A stretch of DNA of 64,000 nucleotides from an uncultured Actinomycetota bacterium (GCA_963829525.1 CAWHIJ010000003.1:2327833-2391832); one strand, 5' to 3'; counted from the stretch's first letter, positions 29,560-43,195 are shown. Translations and numbers: made by a program. Notes: a model not told the origin generated them from the letters alone.

Positions 29560-29580
29560 GACGAAACAGCGTGTTCCGTC
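29560..29580 (-). terminator. putative stem-loop downstream of atpC (GACGGAACA-cgc-TGTTTCGTC on the minus strand)
   Basis: 9-bp stem with one G-U pair located 10 nt after the atpC stop; no U-tract, as is common in high-GC actinobacteria. Confidence 0.3.
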
Positions 29581-29589
29581 TCCGGCCGC

Positions 29590-29976
29590 CTAGATACGGG
29601 CCTCCGCCGCTCGCAGGCGAGTCTCGGCCCGAACCTGCGCCGCGCTTAGCGCCTCTTCGCCTCCGCCACCGTTGCTCGCCCTTTCCAGGGCGGCACGGGC
29701 ACGTTGCACATCGATCTCGTGTGCAAGCTCGGCTACCTCAGCCAGCAGCGACACAGTGTCGCTCTCGACCGAGATGAACCCACCATGCACCGCGGCGGCA
29801 ACCACATCGCCTTCAGTGGTCTTGATCAGGACGACACCGTCGGCCAACTCACCGAGTACCGGCACGTGACCGGTGAGGATCCCGAGATCACCATCGAGCG
29901 TGCGCGCAATGACCATCGTTGCCTCACCGGACCACACAGAACGATCGGCTGCGACCATCTGTACCTGCAGTGTCAC
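29590..29976 (-). CDS. atpC: F1 ATP synthase epsilon subunit
   Basis: 128 aa, typical epsilon beta-sandwich plus helical C-terminus, last gene of the atp operon. Confidence 0.9.
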   Translation of the reverse strand: MTLQVQMVAADRSVWSGEATMVIARTLDGDLGILTGHVPVLGELADGVVLIKTTEGDVVAAAVHGGFISVESDTVSLLAEVAELAHEIDVQRARAALERASNGGGGEEALSAAQVRAETRLRAAEARI

Positions 29977-30012
29977 TGCACCGTCTCCTTCACGATCGTC
30001 TGGAGCCGCCGG

Positions 30013-32390
<2,378 letters not shown>

Positions 32391-32423
32391 GTCAGATAGC
32401 CTCTTCCCCGTTCATCAACAGGG

Positions 32424-34058
32424 TCACTTGACCTTCTTGGTGATCTGGGTCGGGTCGATCTCTTGCTCTTCGAGCGACTCCACAGGAACATCCTTCACGA
32501 GCAGTTCACCGGATGTGGTCGTGAACTGGGACTTGAAGGCGTCGATCGCTTTCTCCAGCTCAGCCACCGTGTCGTCACCCAACACCTTGGTCTCACGAAT
32601 GACGTCGAATACTCCGGCGTGGCTTCCGTGGACGTAGTCGAGGAACTCCGCATCGAAACGTTTGATGTCCTCAACGGGAACCTCGTCCAACTTACCGGTT
32701 GTTCCGCTCCAGATCGAAACGACCTGACGCTCGACCGACTGGGGTTGGTATTGCGGCTGCTTCAGCAACTCGACGAGCCGTGCACCTCGCTCAAGAGATG
32801 CCTTCGAAGCCTTGTCGAGGTCGGAACCGAACGCCGCGAACGCCTCAAGCTCACGGAACTGTGCCAAGCTGAGTCGCAGGTTTCCGGCCACCGATCGCAT
32901 GGCCTTGACCTGGGCGGAGCCACCGACGCGGGACACCGAGATTCCGACGTTGATCGCTGGGCGGACACCAGAGTTGAACAGGTCCGTCTCAAGGAAGATC
33001 TGGCCGTCGGTGATAGAGATGACGTTGGTCGGGATGTAGGCCGACACGTCATTGCCCTTGGTCTCGATGATCGGTAGGCCAGTCATCGAACCCGCACCGA
33101 GCTCGTCAGAGAGCTTCGCGCACCGCTCCAGGAGCCGCGAGTGCAGGTAGAAGACGTCGCCGGGATATGCCTCGCGGCCCGGCGGCCGGCGGAGGAGGAG
33201 CGAAACCGTGCGGTACGCCTCGGCCTGCTTGGAAAGGTCATCGAACACGATCAGAACGTGCTTCCCCTGGTACATCCAGTGCTGACCGATGGCAGAACCC
33301 GTGTACGGGGCGATGTACTTAAAGCCTGCCGGGTCAGATGCCGGGGCGGCGACGATGGTCGTGTATTCAAGCGCGCCGGCCTCTTCGAGGGCACCACGCA
33401 CACCCGCGATGGTCGAGCCCTTCTGACCGACGGCGACATAGATGCAACGCACCTGCTGGTCGGGGTCGCCAGATGCCCAGTTCTCGCGCTGGTTGATGAT
33501 CGTGTCGATGGCCACGGCGGTCTTGCCGGTCTGGCGGTCACCAATGATCAGCTGGCGCTGACCGCGACCGATGGGGGTCATCGCGTCGACGGACTTCAGG
33601 CCTGTCTGCAGCGGTTCCTTGACCGGCTGGCGCTGCACCACACTGGGAGCCTGCAGCTCAAGGGTGCGTCGCCCCTCAGCCTCGACGGGGCCAAGACCAT
33701 CGATGGGGTTACCCAGCGCGTCAACGACCCGGCCGAGGAACGCATCGCCGACGGGGGCGGAGAGGATCTCGCCGGTCCGGCGGACGTCCTGGCCCTCAGC
33801 GATATGGCTGAACTCTCCGAGAAGTACCGTGCCGATCTCGCGCAAGTCGAGGTTGAGCGCGATCCCACGCAGCCCACCCTCGAACTCGAGGATCTCGTTC
33901 GTCATCGTCGAGGGGAGCCCCTCCACGCGCGCGATGCCGTCACCGCACTCAAGTACCCGACCGACCTCGGTACGAGAGGCAGCCTCCGGGGTGTACGACG
34001 AGACGAAGCGCGACAACGCGTCCTTGATCTCTTCGGGCCGGATCGTGAGTTCCGCCAT
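32424..34058 (-). CDS. atpA: F1 ATP synthase alpha subunit
   Basis: P-loop GDRQTGKT, 544 aa. Confidence 0.95.
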   Translation of the reverse strand: MAELTIRPEEIKDALSRFVSSYTPEAASRTEVGRVLECGDGIARVEGLPSTMTNEILEFEGGLRGIALNLDLREIGTVLLGEFSHIAEGQDVRRTGEILSAPVGDAFLGRVVDALGNPIDGLGPVEAEGRRTLELQAPSVVQRQPVKEPLQTGLKSVDAMTPIGRGQRQLIIGDRQTGKTAVAIDTIINQRENWASGDPDQQVRCIYVAVGQKGSTIAGVRGALEEAGALEYTTIVAAPASDPAGFKYIAPYTGSAIGQHWMYQGKHVLIVFDDLSKQAEAYRTVSLLLRRPPGREAYPGDVFYLHSRLLERCAKLSDELGAGSMTGLPIIETKGNDVSAYIPTNVISITDGQIFLETDLFNSGVRPAINVGISVSRVGGSAQVKAMRSVAGNLRLSLAQFRELEAFAAFGSDLDKASKASLERGARLVELLKQPQYQPQSVERQVVSIWSGTTGKLDEVPVEDIKRFDAEFLDYVHGSHAGVFDVIRETKVLGDDTVAELEKAIDAFKSQFTTTSGELLVKDVPVESLEEQEIDPTQITKKVK

Positions 34059-34115
34059 GTCCTGCTCTCCTCGTTCTTTTCGACGCTTGCGCGCCGGTAG
34101 GTCGAAAGGTGGTGC

Positions 34116-35024
34116 TCAGCTGGCGATGCGCCGTTGCGCGTCGCCAACTCGGGATGACAGCGTGCCGTCGATCAGTTCGCCGCCGAGGCTGATCCGCAGC
34201 CCGCCGACGACTTCTGGGTCAATCACTACGTTGATTTGGACATCGAACCCAAGCTGCGCAGACAGTGCACCGGCAAGCCGGTCACGCTGCTGTTCAGTGA
34301 GCGCTACGGCGGCAGTCACGGTCGCGACCTGTCGCTGGCGCCGGGCCGCCGCAGCACCAGCGAGGGAGTCCAGATTGGCCTCCAACGACCGACCCCGCGG
34401 TTCGGTGACTACGTGATCGATCAACCGCGCCGACTCCACCGTTGTCTTCTCCTTGAGAAGCTCGGTGACGAGGTCGGACTTGCGCTCGACAGGCAGTGCC
34501 CGGTCGGTCAAGGCCAGTCGCAGCTCAGGCTGAGCCACGACGATGCGAGCGAATCGGAAGAGCTCGTCCTGCACCTCGGCGAGCCGGTCGTGCCGTTGCG
34601 CCGAGACAAGAACTGCCTCGATCCCGAGCTGGGTGACCGCCTCAGCCAGGTCGCGCGGCTTGGACCAGCGTGACCGAGTCATTCCGGAGACCAGGTCAAC
34701 GACCTGGTCAGGGACCTTCCCCCCGAACAGTCCCTGAACCAGGGCCGCCTTGTCGTCACCGCTGCGGGCCGGGTCAGTCAACGCACTGCGCAGTGATGGC
34801 TGGGCGTCGAGGAGCGTCGCGACCGCGAACAGGGCGTCCCCGATCCCGAGCGGGCCGGCTACTGGCAGCACCGACTCGACGCGCTGGGCGACCGACGGCA
34901 TGAACCGCCCCACCCAGTGGGTCGCTCGCTCGGCAACGTCTCCGGCCTCGGTGATGGGGGACACGAGAAGTCCGTCCAACCGCTCAGTGGCGGCGGACAA
35001 CGACTCGCGGCTCGCTCCTTGCAT
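34116..35024 (-). CDS. atpH: ATP synthase delta subunit (OSCP), extended actinobacterial form
   Basis: 302 aa with an internally duplicated N-terminal region preceding the OSCP domain; position between atpF and atpA. Confidence 0.8.
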   Translation of the reverse strand: MQGASRESLSAATERLDGLLVSPITEAGDVAERATHWVGRFMPSVAQRVESVLPVAGPLGIGDALFAVATLLDAQPSLRSALTDPARSGDDKAALVQGLFGGKVPDQVVDLVSGMTRSRWSKPRDLAEAVTQLGIEAVLVSAQRHDRLAEVQDELFRFARIVVAQPELRLALTDRALPVERKSDLVTELLKEKTTVESARLIDHVVTEPRGRSLEANLDSLAGAAAARRQRQVATVTAAVALTEQQRDRLAGALSAQLGFDVQINVVIDPEVVGGLRISLGGELIDGTLSSRVGDAQRRIAS

Positions 35025-35563
35025 CAGTTGGACCGTCCCGATGGCTGGCTCTCGAGATCGGCCAGAAAGCGGTCGATGACACGCTGCTGGCGCTCGTCGT
35101 CGTCGAGGGACTCGCCGACGATCTTGGCGGCCAGCTGACTGGCAAGCGTGCCCACCTCTGCGTGCAGTGAGGCGACCGCCGACGAGCGCTCGGCCTCGAT
35201 CTGGGCCTGGGCATTGGCGACCAAACGGTCGGCCTCAGCCTGCGCCTGCTGCCGCATCTCCACGAGGATCGCTGCGCCTTGCGTGCGGGCTTCCTCGCGA
35301 ATCTGACCTGCCTCACCGCGGGCATCGGCCAACTGTGCTTGGTACTGCTCAAGGGCGGCAGCGGCGCTCGCCTGCGCCTCTTCTGCCTTCGCGAGCCCGC
35401 CTTCGATGGCCTCGGTCCGCTCCGCATAGGCCTTCTCGAATCGTGGCACGACGACCTTCGCCACGAACCAGAAGAGAATGCCGAACGTGAGCAACGCGAC
35501 CACGATCTCCGCGGTCTTCGGCACGAGAGGGTTGATCTCTGCAACCAGCACGGTCATGAGCAT
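35024..35563 (-). CDS. atpF: Fo ATP synthase subunit b
   Basis: single N-terminal TM then long charged helix (AQAEADRLVANAQAQIEAER), 179 aa. Confidence 0.8.
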   Translation of the reverse strand: MLMTVLVAEINPLVPKTAEIVVALLTFGILFWFVAKVVVPRFEKAYAERTEAIEGGLAKAEEAQASAAAALEQYQAQLADARGEAGQIREEARTQGAAILVEMRQQAQAEADRLVANAQAQIEAERSSAVASLHAEVGTLASQLAAKIVGESLDDDERQQRVIDRFLADLESQPSGRSN

Positions 35564-35597
35564 GTCCCCAGGTAGTTTCGATCGTCGGCCAGAAGGG

Positions 35598-35831
35598 TTA
35601 CTTCAAGAAGAACGGAGCAACCAGACCGATCAGGGCCAGCGCCTCGATCAGCGCGAATGCGGTGAACGCCCAGGTGCGGAGAATGTTCAGCGCCTCCGGC
35701 TGGCGAGCAATGCCGCTGATGAAGGCAGCAAAGACCAGTCCCGCACCGATACCAGAACCGATGGCGGCGAGACCAAAGGTGACCGGAGTCAGGTTGCCTG
35801 AGAGCGCCAGGACGTTGGATGAGAAATCCAT
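35598..35831 (-). CDS. atpE: Fo ATP synthase subunit c
   Basis: 77 aa hairpin, GxGxGxG helix 1, ion-binding Glu in ALIEALALIG. Confidence 0.85.
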   Translation of the reverse strand: MDFSSNVLALSGNLTPVTFGLAAIGSGIGAGLVFAAFISGIARQPEALNILRTWAFTAFALIEALALIGLVAPFFLK

Positions 35832-35876
35832 TGGGTGTTCCCTTTCGGTTCGTGACGCGCCAGTTGCGTCATCGGT

Positions 35877-36662
35877 CTAGTGACCCTCGTTCACGGCGCC
35901 GCTGATGTACAGCGCCGTGAGGAGAGCGAAAATGTAGGCTTGGAAGAGTTCGATAAAGAGCTCGAAAAGACTCATGACGATGGCCACCCCGCCGGTGAGC
36001 AGCCCAGCGGCCTTCAGCGCTGGATTGGCTGCCTCAAAGATCATGTACTCGGCCCCGGTGACGAACACCAGAAGCAGCATGTGCCCGGCGAACATGTTGG
36101 CGAAGAGTCGCAGGGTCAGCGTGAAGGGCCGGATGAACAGAATCGTCAGCAGCTCGATCGGTGCGAGGATCGGATAGACAAACCAAGGGACCCCTGGGAT
36201 GAACATGACGTCTTTGAAGTAGCGGACGAAACCCTGACGCCGGATTCCAGCGACGTTGTAGACCACCAGAACGATGATGGCCAGCACCATCGGGAACGCG
36301 ATGTGTGCCATCGGGGGAAATGAGACGAACGGCGTCACACCGAACACGTTGTTCACCATGATGAAGGTGAACAACGTGAAGAGGAGCGGCACGAAGTTCA
36401 TGAACTCCTTCGAACCGATGATGTCGCGGCCAATCCCGTTGCGAACGAAGTTGTACAGCAGCTCGCCAGTGAACTGCATGCGCCCTGGCACCATTGCCGG
36501 ACGACGCACAGCAGCCCACAGGAACGCACTGATGATGAAGACGCTGACAATCACCAGCAGAATGGCTTTGTCGAACCATGCCACTTGCCCAAAGATTTCT
36601 GGTGGGAAGACCTCTTCAGCACCGGGAGGGACGTAGCCGTCGGCGACGAACGAACCGATCAC
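35877..36662 (-). CDS. atpB: Fo ATP synthase subunit a
   Basis: 261 aa polytopic protein, conserved Arg in LTLRLFANMFAGH. Confidence 0.85.
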   Translation of the reverse strand: MIGSFVADGYVPPGAEEVFPPEIFGQVAWFDKAILLVIVSVFIISAFLWAAVRRPAMVPGRMQFTGELLYNFVRNGIGRDIIGSKEFMNFVPLLFTLFTFIMVNNVFGVTPFVSFPPMAHIAFPMVLAIIVLVVYNVAGIRRQGFVRYFKDVMFIPGVPWFVYPILAPIELLTILFIRPFTLTLRLFANMFAGHMLLLVFVTGAEYMIFEAANPALKAAGLLTGGVAIVMSLFELFIELFQAYIFALLTALYISGAVNEGH

Positions 36663-36967
36663 CGACTATCTCCTTCAGCCATGGGGGGACTGCTCCCGTT
36701 CTGCTCTTCGACCAACACGTCGGACGGCACACGCACGACTCTCAGATACACCAGGTACCCACCCGCTAGGCACCCCACGACGATGCCGAGTGGTGTCAGC
36801 ACGCCCGTATGGAGCGAGCGGTCCAGCCAAACACCAACCCCACCAAAAATGAGAAGCCCGGCAAGGATGTATCCGCCAGCCGCCTCCGCACTAGCTGAGG
36901 TTGACCCTGATCTCATACCCCCTGATGCACTGCCAGGAGTACGTCCAGGAAGGTCTGCCTGATCCAT
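36659..36967 (-). CDS. AtpI/AtpZ-like small membrane protein of the atp operon
   Basis: two TM segments (YILAGLLIFGGVGVWL, LGIVVGCLAGGYLVYL) immediately upstream of atpB; start codon uncertain (ORF extends to 37057). Confidence 0.4.
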   Translation of the reverse strand: MDQADLPGRTPGSASGGMRSGSTSASAEAAGGYILAGLLIFGGVGVWLDRSLHTGVLTPLGIVVGCLAGGYLVYLRVVRVPSDVLVEEQNGSSPPMAEGDSR

Positions 36968-37037
36968 GGTGTGAGGAATGTAGCAGCCGGGACATGAGGG
37001 CCACAAAGCGAGTCCGGGCCCATCGCTGTGAGACCTA

Positions 37038-37514
37038 TCACGCTGCCGGCGGGTCATCCTCCTGGGTAGTTCTTGGTGCGTCCGCGGCAGGTAGGTCGAA
37101 GTAGAAGGAACGGGTGCGTATGGATGCCACCGTCAATGCCACAACCCCGGTCACTGTGGTGACGACCACCGTCACAGCCGAGGCATGCAGGTCAAGGGTC
37201 GTCCAGCGGGAAAGGGCCCACAGCGCAGCCGCGATGAACAGGACCTTGAACACATACTCAGTCAGGAGCGCCAAGGCGGTGAAGGCTGGCGGCATGTGGC
37301 GGATGGCCCGTAGCACCAGGACGTCGACACCGAAGAAGAAGACCACGAGTCCGAGCCCAGCCAGGGCAGCCAGGGCGGCCCCGACGCCGTCGGCCAGCAG
37401 AAAGAACATGATGGAGATGACCCCGGCCGCCAGAGCCCAGGGGGCCGACTGACGCAGCAACGCACCGGCCAGATGCTCCGATCTCAATCCGCTGGACGAC
37501 GCATTCGACATCAC
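37038..37514 (-). CDS. hypothetical integral membrane protein between wecA and the atp operon
   Basis: 158 aa, four hydrophobic segments; same position as the small hypothetical membrane protein between rfe and atpB in mycobacteria. Confidence 0.4.
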   Translation of the reverse strand: MMSNASSSGLRSEHLAGALLRQSAPWALAAGVISIMFFLLADGVGAALAALAGLGLVVFFFGVDVLVLRAIRHMPPAFTALALLTEYVFKVLFIAAALWALSRWTTLDLHASAVTVVVTTVTGVVALTVASIRTRSFYFDLPAADAPRTTQEDDPPAA

Positions 37515-38593
37515 CGATCACTCCTCACTGGGCGGCGGGTCAAGACGATGGCGAAGAGCAGAATGCCGAGGCCAACGAGGAGACCGACTTCAACGCCGGC
37601 GAAAGCCGCAGTGGCTGCCCCAACGGCGAGGGCGCTGGCCCAGAGGTACATGACCAGGACCGCCTGCCGCTGGCTGTGCCCGATCTCGAGCAGGCGGTGA
37701 TGCAGGTGCTGCTTGTCCGGCGCAAACGGCGAGCGTCTCGCTCTCGTTCGCCGCACCACCGCGAGAAGCAGGTCCACGAGAGGAACTGCGAGCACGGCGA
37801 ATGGCAGGAGCAGAGGCATCAGCGCTGGGAGCAGTGTCGCGTCAACGGAGTAGGGGTCGATCTTGCCGGTCAAGGTGATCACCGACGCTGACAAGAGCAG
37901 GCCAGCCAGCATCGAGCCCGAGTCACCCATGAAAATCCGAGCCGGGTTGAAGTTGTGGGGCAAGAAGCCGGCGCAGATCCCCGCCAGAACGCTGGAGAGG
38001 AGGGCGGCGGTCGTCGCCCTGTCGATTCCTTGGTCTACCGAAAGCAGGTAGGCGAAGGCGAAGAAGGCCAGCGAGCCGATGCCGATGATACCGGCGGCGA
38101 GGCCGTCGAGTCCGTCGACGAAGTTGATTGCATTCACCGTCACGACAACGAGCAGCACCGTCAGAATGACGCTGGCGTTGTATGGAAGAACTGTGACGCC
38201 GTTGAACGGCAGCCAGAGCAGCTGAACTCCGAGCAGCACCATCACACCGGCCGCAATGATCTGGCCCGCTGCCTTGGTGAGGGCGTCCAGGCCCCAGATG
38301 TCGTCGATGACTCCGACCAGGAAGATCAAGGTCCCTCCGGCGATCACCGCCCAAGCGTCTCGAGATTCGGTGAAGACGGCCGAGACGAACCCGAGCTGGC
38401 TGGCCACGAGCATCCCGGCCAGGAACCCGAGGTACATCGCGACACCACCCAGTCGCGGGATCGGAACATCGTGCACGTCGCGGTCGCGGATCTCGGCCAT
38501 GACGTGCCACCTGACTGCGTACCAGCGGACCACCGGCACCGTGACGTAGGTGATCGCAGCTGATGCGAGCAGAACCAGGAGGTACTCGCGCAC
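37511..38593 (-). CDS. wecA: UDP-GlcNAc:undecaprenyl-phosphate GlcNAc-1-phosphate transferase (glycosyltransferase family 4, MraY-like)
   Basis: polytopic; conserved DDxxD-type and VFMGDSGS motifs; GTG 38593 with RBS aggaag chosen instead of the Arg/Ser-rich upstream extension to 38767. Confidence 0.8.
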   Translation of the reverse strand: MREYLLVLLASAAITYVTVPVVRWYAVRWHVMAEIRDRDVHDVPIPRLGGVAMYLGFLAGMLVASQLGFVSAVFTESRDAWAVIAGGTLIFLVGVIDDIWGLDALTKAAGQIIAAGVMVLLGVQLLWLPFNGVTVLPYNASVILTVLLVVVTVNAINFVDGLDGLAAGIIGIGSLAFFAFAYLLSVDQGIDRATTAALLSSVLAGICAGFLPHNFNPARIFMGDSGSMLAGLLLSASVITLTGKIDPYSVDATLLPALMPLLLPFAVLAVPLVDLLLAVVRRTRARRSPFAPDKQHLHHRLLEIGHSQRQAVLVMYLWASALAVGAATAAFAGVEVGLLVGLGILLFAIVLTRRPVRSDR

Positions 38594-38645
38594 GCCGCTT
38601 CCTTGTCCTTCCGGTGAACCCGGGACAGTCCCGCTGCTCGGCAGG

Positions 38646-39935
38646 CTACGCCGAAGGCTCCGGGTACGCGGGGAACTTCTCGACGAGTGCTTTGACCTGC
38701 TCGGCGACGGCTGCCGCCTCGACGCGCCCCGACTCGGTCTCGATGTCGGCCTTGATCGCCCGGCCAATTAGCGAGGCGACCTCCTTCATCTCCGACGTGC
38801 CCATGCCTTGGGTGGTCACCGAAGGGGTTCCCACCCGGATCCCCGAGGCCACCATCGGCTTGGCCGGGTCAAAGGGGATCGAGTTCTTGTTCAAGGTGAT
38901 CCGAGCGGCATCGCAGCGCGTCTCGGCGTCGCGTCCGGTGACGTCAACGCCACGCAGGTCGATGAGTGCCAGGTGGGTGTCGGTTCCCCCCGACACCGGC
39001 CGCATGCCCTCCGCCTCAAGCTCGGCGGCCAACGACTGGGCGTTTGCGATGACCTGCTTGGCGTACTGCCGGTAGGCAGGGGACGCGGCCTCCTTCAGCG
39101 CCACGGCCTTGGCGGCCACGACGTGCATGAGCGGACCTCCCTGAAGGAAGGGGAAGACGGCCTTGTCAATCTTGGTGGCCAGTTCCTCACGGCAGAGGAT
39201 CATTCCCCCCCGGGGCCCGCGTAGCACCTTGTGCGTGGTGAAGGAGACGACGTCGGCGTAGGGAACCGGCGAGGGTATGGCCTTGCCTGCCACCAACCCG
39301 ATGAAGTGCGCGGCGTCCACCATGAGGTAGGCACCCACCTCGTCGGCGATCTCCCGGAAGGCGGCGAAGTCGATCAAGCGCGGGTACGCGGTGGCACCCG
39401 CAATGATCATCTTGGGCCGGTGTTCGCGGGCCTGGGCACGCACGTGGTCGTAGTCGATCGTCTCGCTGCCCTCGAGAACGCCGTATGAGACGTTGTTGAA
39501 CCACTGACCCGAGAAGTTGACCGGCGATCCGTGCGTCAAGTGGCCACCATGCTTGAGATCCATGGCAAGCACCGTGTCGCCCGGTTTGCACAGTGCCGCG
39601 TAGACAGCGAGGTTGGCGGAGGCACCCGAGTGGGGCTGGAGGTTGGCATGGTCGGCCCCAAAGAGCTCCTTGGCCCTGGCGATGCCGATCTCCTCCGCGA
39701 CGTCGACATCTGCGCAGCCACCGTAGTAGCGACGTCCGGGGTATCCCTCGGCGTACTTGTTCGACAGCGTCGACCCGGTGGCAGCCAACACAGCGGGTGA
39801 CGTGAAATTCTCGCTGGCGATCAGCTGAAGCCCACCACGGAGACGATCAAGCTCATCGAGAACAACCCCAGCAATCTCAGGATCCGACTGCTGTAGTGCG
39901 ACGAAGTCTGGGCCCCAGTACGGCGTGCTACTCAT
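38646..39935 (-). CDS. glyA: serine hydroxymethyltransferase
   Basis: 429 aa, SHMT blocks (LIASENFTSPAVLAATGS, PLP-Lys region TTHKVLRGPRGG). Confidence 0.95.
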   Translation of the reverse strand: MSSTPYWGPDFVALQQSDPEIAGVVLDELDRLRGGLQLIASENFTSPAVLAATGSTLSNKYAEGYPGRRYYGGCADVDVAEEIGIARAKELFGADHANLQPHSGASANLAVYAALCKPGDTVLAMDLKHGGHLTHGSPVNFSGQWFNNVSYGVLEGSETIDYDHVRAQAREHRPKMIIAGATAYPRLIDFAAFREIADEVGAYLMVDAAHFIGLVAGKAIPSPVPYADVVSFTTHKVLRGPRGGMILCREELATKIDKAVFPFLQGGPLMHVVAAKAVALKEAASPAYRQYAKQVIANAQSLAAELEAEGMRPVSGGTDTHLALIDLRGVDVTGRDAETRCDAARITLNKNSIPFDPAKPMVASGIRVGTPSVTTQGMGTSEMKEVASLIGRAIKADIETESGRVEAAAVAEQVKALVEKFPAYPEPSA

Positions 39936-39983
39936 GCTGATCTCCTGCGGACGGCCGGCGTGCGAACAACAACGCCCTTCACT

Positions 39984-40589
39984 CTAGCCAGCCGGGGTAT
40001 CGCGCGGCTCCCCGATCAGGAAGGGAACAATTTGCTCCACGGCACTCGCGATTGCTTCGGCGCGCTCGTGGTAGACCGCCAAGGGGGCGCCCAGCGGGTC
40101 ATCGAGATCGTCAACTTCGTCTTCACTTCGAGAGACTGTGCCGCGCATTTGGGCCGCCCATGCCACGATTTCGTGGAACCTTGCGGCGTCGCCGGCCGAT
40201 CCAGACTCCGGTGGCGATGGTGCTGTGGAGGCAATGCGAGCGAGTTCGAGCAGCGTGAAGGTGCGGCGCACCGCTCCAGGAACGAGGCCTACGACGTGCG
40301 CCCTGTGCTCTCTGGCGGCGGTGATCACGAGGTCAGACGATCGCACCAGCTCTTCGGTCAGCGGAGTAGCCACGAACCCCGCAGCGTCCACGCCAAGTTC
40401 ACTCAACGTCTTCCCTGCGAAGGGCTGCATGGGTTCGCCCGGATGTGCCCAGGTACCGGCGCTTGCGACAGAAACTTCATCGCTGGCGCCACGTTGGTCC
40501 ACGGCAGCACGCAGCATCCGCTCCATCATCGGCGACCGGCAGATGTTGCCCGTGCACACCATGAGCACCCGGAGAGGGGGACCGGTCAC
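39984..40589 (-). CDS. low-molecular-weight protein tyrosine phosphatase / ArsC-like
   Basis: CX5R P-loop VLMVCTGNICRSPMME. Confidence 0.7.
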   Translation of the reverse strand: MTGPPLRVLMVCTGNICRSPMMERMLRAAVDQRGASDEVSVASAGTWAHPGEPMQPFAGKTLSELGVDAAGFVATPLTEELVRSSDLVITAAREHRAHVVGLVPGAVRRTFTLLELARIASTAPSPPESGSAGDAARFHEIVAWAAQMRGTVSRSEDEVDDLDDPLGAPLAVYHERAEAIASAVEQIVPFLIGEPRDTPAG

Positions 40590-41236
40590 GTGTCGGATTC
40601 TCCGACCAGGTCGGGAGCCGTCTGACGCAGCAGATCTTCAGAGTACGCGCCAGAGCGCAACAGCCGCGGTTGGCGGTCGGTGAGGTCGACCACGGTGGAG
40701 GGCGGTCCATCTGGCAGCTCTCCGGAGTCGAGATAGATCGAGACGGTGGTGTCGAGCTGCGCCTGTGCGTCGTCGCAGGTTCTGGGTACTGGCTCACCTA
40801 CCCGGTTGGCCGAGACCACCGCCATGGGGCCGACCCCCTGGAGAACCGCGAGTGCAATCGGGTGGAGCGGCATGCGGACAGCTACATGGCGCCCATTGCC
40901 ACCGATGTCCCAGTGCAGTGTCGACTGTTGACCGCAGACCGCGGTAAGCGGACCCGGCCAGAAGCCTTCAATCAGCAGCTCCCCCTGCGGATGCAGAACT
41001 CCGACGAGGGCGCGCGCTGCCTTTACTGACCCGACCATGACCGGTAGTGCGTCGATTCCGGCCCGGCCTTTGGCCGCGTTCAACCGCTCGACGGCGAGGG
41101 GAGAGAACGCGTCACAAGCAACGGCATAGGACGTCTCGGTCGGGAAGACGATGAGCTGATGGCGACCTGCGGCCGCAATGGCGCGGTCTATGCCGCGACT
41201 GCGCTCGTCTGGACGCGCACAGTTGTAACGCGGCAT
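40586..41236 (-). CDS. tsaC: L-threonylcarbamoyladenylate synthase, YrdC/Sua5 domain (t6A tRNA modification)
   Basis: YrdC-domain blocks (VFPTETSYAVACDAF, RLNAAKGR); position after prmC as in mycobacteria. Confidence 0.75.
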   Translation of the reverse strand: MPRYNCARPDERSRGIDRAIAAAGRHQLIVFPTETSYAVACDAFSPLAVERLNAAKGRAGIDALPVMVGSVKAARALVGVLHPQGELLIEGFWPGPLTAVCGQQSTLHWDIGGNGRHVAVRMPLHPIALAVLQGVGPMAVVSANRVGEPVPRTCDDAQAQLDTTVSIYLDSGELPDGPPSTVVDLTDRQPRLLRSGAYSEDLLRQTAPDLVGESDT

Positions 41237-42094
41237 CAGCGAGATCCGCGTCGAGCCGAGACAAACCGGTCGCGGCCTGCCAGATCGGCATGGTCAGTGA
41301 CGTCAAGCCATGAGCCGGCCACAGTGAAGATCTGCGGCACAGACTCCCCCTGGAGGTCGCCGTGCTCGGCCACGACCCAACCGCCCGGCCTAAGCAAGCG
41401 CTTCGCTGACTGCTCGACAAGCCGCGTGTGGGAGAGGCCATCAGGACCGGAGTAGAGCGCCATGGCTGGATCGAACCGGGCTACCTCGGGGTCGCGCGGG
41501 ATGCAGTCGTTGGGGATGTAGGGAGGGTTGGCTACGACCACGTCGACCTGGCCGGTCAGCTCTGGAAGACAATCTTCGATGTCGGCCAGGTGCGGCGTGA
41601 AGCCGTGGGTGCGGGCGTTGCGCTCAAGCCAAGGACCGGCCCCAGGATCGCGTTCAACCGCATGCACCTGAGCCCCCGGCGCCTCGACGGTGACCGCAGC
41701 TGCCATCGTGCCGGCGCCCGCACAGAGGTCGACAACAACCGGATGTGGGAGATCTAGCGCTGCGAGCAGATCAAGAGCGTGGCCCACGACCACCTCGGTC
41801 TCGGGCCGAGGCGAGAAGACGCCGGGCCCGACTGCCAGGGTCACAGTGCGGAAGTGCGCCCACCCGGTCAGGTGCTGGAGGGGGATTCGCTCAGCCCGGC
41901 GTGCGACGAGGTCGTCGAACCCCGCGGGCGCGGCAACATCGAGATGGTTCCAGAGACCACCCCGACCAACTCCGAGGAGGTGGGACGCGAGCAGCTCTGC
42001 GTCAACCGCGAGGAGACCGAACCCCGCACTCAGCCAGATGCAGCTCTGCCGCTCGGAGCGCATCCCGCAGAGACCGGCCCTGACCTGCCGGCAA
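41236..42094 (-). pseudogene. prmC: release-factor glutamine methyltransferase PrmC (HemK), frameshift near 42005
   Basis: NPPY motif (VVVANPPYIP) and SAM-binding VVDLCAGAGTMA in frame ending at 41236; conserved N-terminus (RSLRDALRAAELHLAECGVRSPR) is in another frame beginning at TTG 42094, 21 nt after the prfA stop; frameshift probably artefactual. Confidence 0.75.
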
Positions 42095-42115
42095 GGGCGG
42101 AGGTCCTGATGCTGG

Positions 42116-43195
42116 TCACGTGGCGCCACCGGACAGCTCAGCCTCACGGTCTGCTTGCTTGCATGCGTCAATGACCGCAGAGAGGTCTCCGTCAAGAACC
42201 TGATCGAGGTTGTACGCCTTGAACCCAACCCGGTGGTCAGAAATGCGGTTCTCCGCGAAGTTGTAGGTGCGGATTCGCTCCGATCGATCGACCGTGCGCA
42301 CCTGAGAGCGGCGTGCGGCTGACGCTTCGGCGTCGGCAGCCTCCTGCTTTTCGGCGAGAATTCGCGCCCGCAGGATTCGCAACGCCTGCTCCCGGTTCTG
42401 CAGCTGAGATTTCTCGTTTTGGCAGCTGACGACAATTCCTGTGGGCAGGTGGGTGATCCGGACGGCTGAATCGGTGGTGTTCACGCTCTGACCGCCGGGG
42501 CCGCTGCTGCGATACACGTCGATCCGGAGATCGTTGGGGTCGACGTCAACTTCGACATCCTCGGCCTCCGGAAGAACCAGGACCCCAGCGGCGCTTGTGT
42601 GGATGCGACCCTGGCTTTCGGTCACCGGCACCCTCTGCACGCGGTGTACTCCGCCTTCGTATTTCAAACTAGCCCAGACACCTTCACCAGGCACTGGTGC
42701 TCCCTTTGCTTTGATGGCGACCGAGACGTCCTTATAGCCACCGAGGTCTGACTCTTGTGCATCGAGAACCTCGGCCTTCCACCCCTGCCGCTCGGCAAAT
42801 CGTAGGTACATCCGCAGCAAGTCACCAGCGAAGAGGGCGGACTCGTCACCCCCCTCACCTGCTTTGACTTCGAGGATGACGTCCTTGTCGTCGTCGGGAT
42901 CACGAGGCAGTAGGAGCTCGGTGAGCCGGTCGGCCAACGCGGCCTGCTCGGCGTCGAGCCGATCAGCCTCTTCCGCGAAGGCATCGTCATCAGCGGCGAG
43001 CTCACGGGCGGCATTGGCGTCACCGCCAACGGTCTTCCATCGCTGATACGCCGAGACAATCGGACCCAGCTCGGCATAGCGGCGTCCAACGGTGCGGGCG
43101 CGTCCAGCGTCTGCATGCACGCTCGGGTCAGCGAGCTGCCGCTCCAGATCGGCGTACTCGGCGACGAGCACGTCGATCTGGTTGAACATGGTCAC
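42116..43195 (-). CDS. prfA: peptide chain release factor 1
   Basis: GGQ motif ([24 protein letters not shown]), PxT-type decoding region, 359 aa. Confidence 0.95.
   Translation of the reverse strand: MTMFNQIDVLVAEYADLERQLADPSVHADAGRARTVGRRYAELGPIVSAYQRWKTVGGDANAARELAADDDAFAEEADRLDAEQAALADRLTELLLPRDPDDDKDVILEVKAGEGGDESALFAGDLLRMYLRFAERQGWKAEVLDAQESDLGGYKDVSVAIKAKGAPVPGEGVWASLKYEGGVHRVQRVPVTESQGRIHTSAAGVLVLPEAEDVEVDVDPNDLRIDVYRSSGPGGQSVNTTDSAVRITHLPTGIVVSCQNEKSQLQNREQALRILRARILAEKQEAADAEASAARRSQVRTVDRSERIRTYNFAENRISDHRVGFKAYNLDQVLDGDLSAVIDACKQADREAELSGGAT

Noticed and set aside
34116-35024. 302-aa atpH considered as a possible b-delta fusion as in mycobacteria
   Set aside because: A separate 179-aa subunit b gene (35024-35563) is present. 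The extra length of atpH comes from an internally duplicated N-terminal region, as in many actinobacteria, not from a fused b segment.
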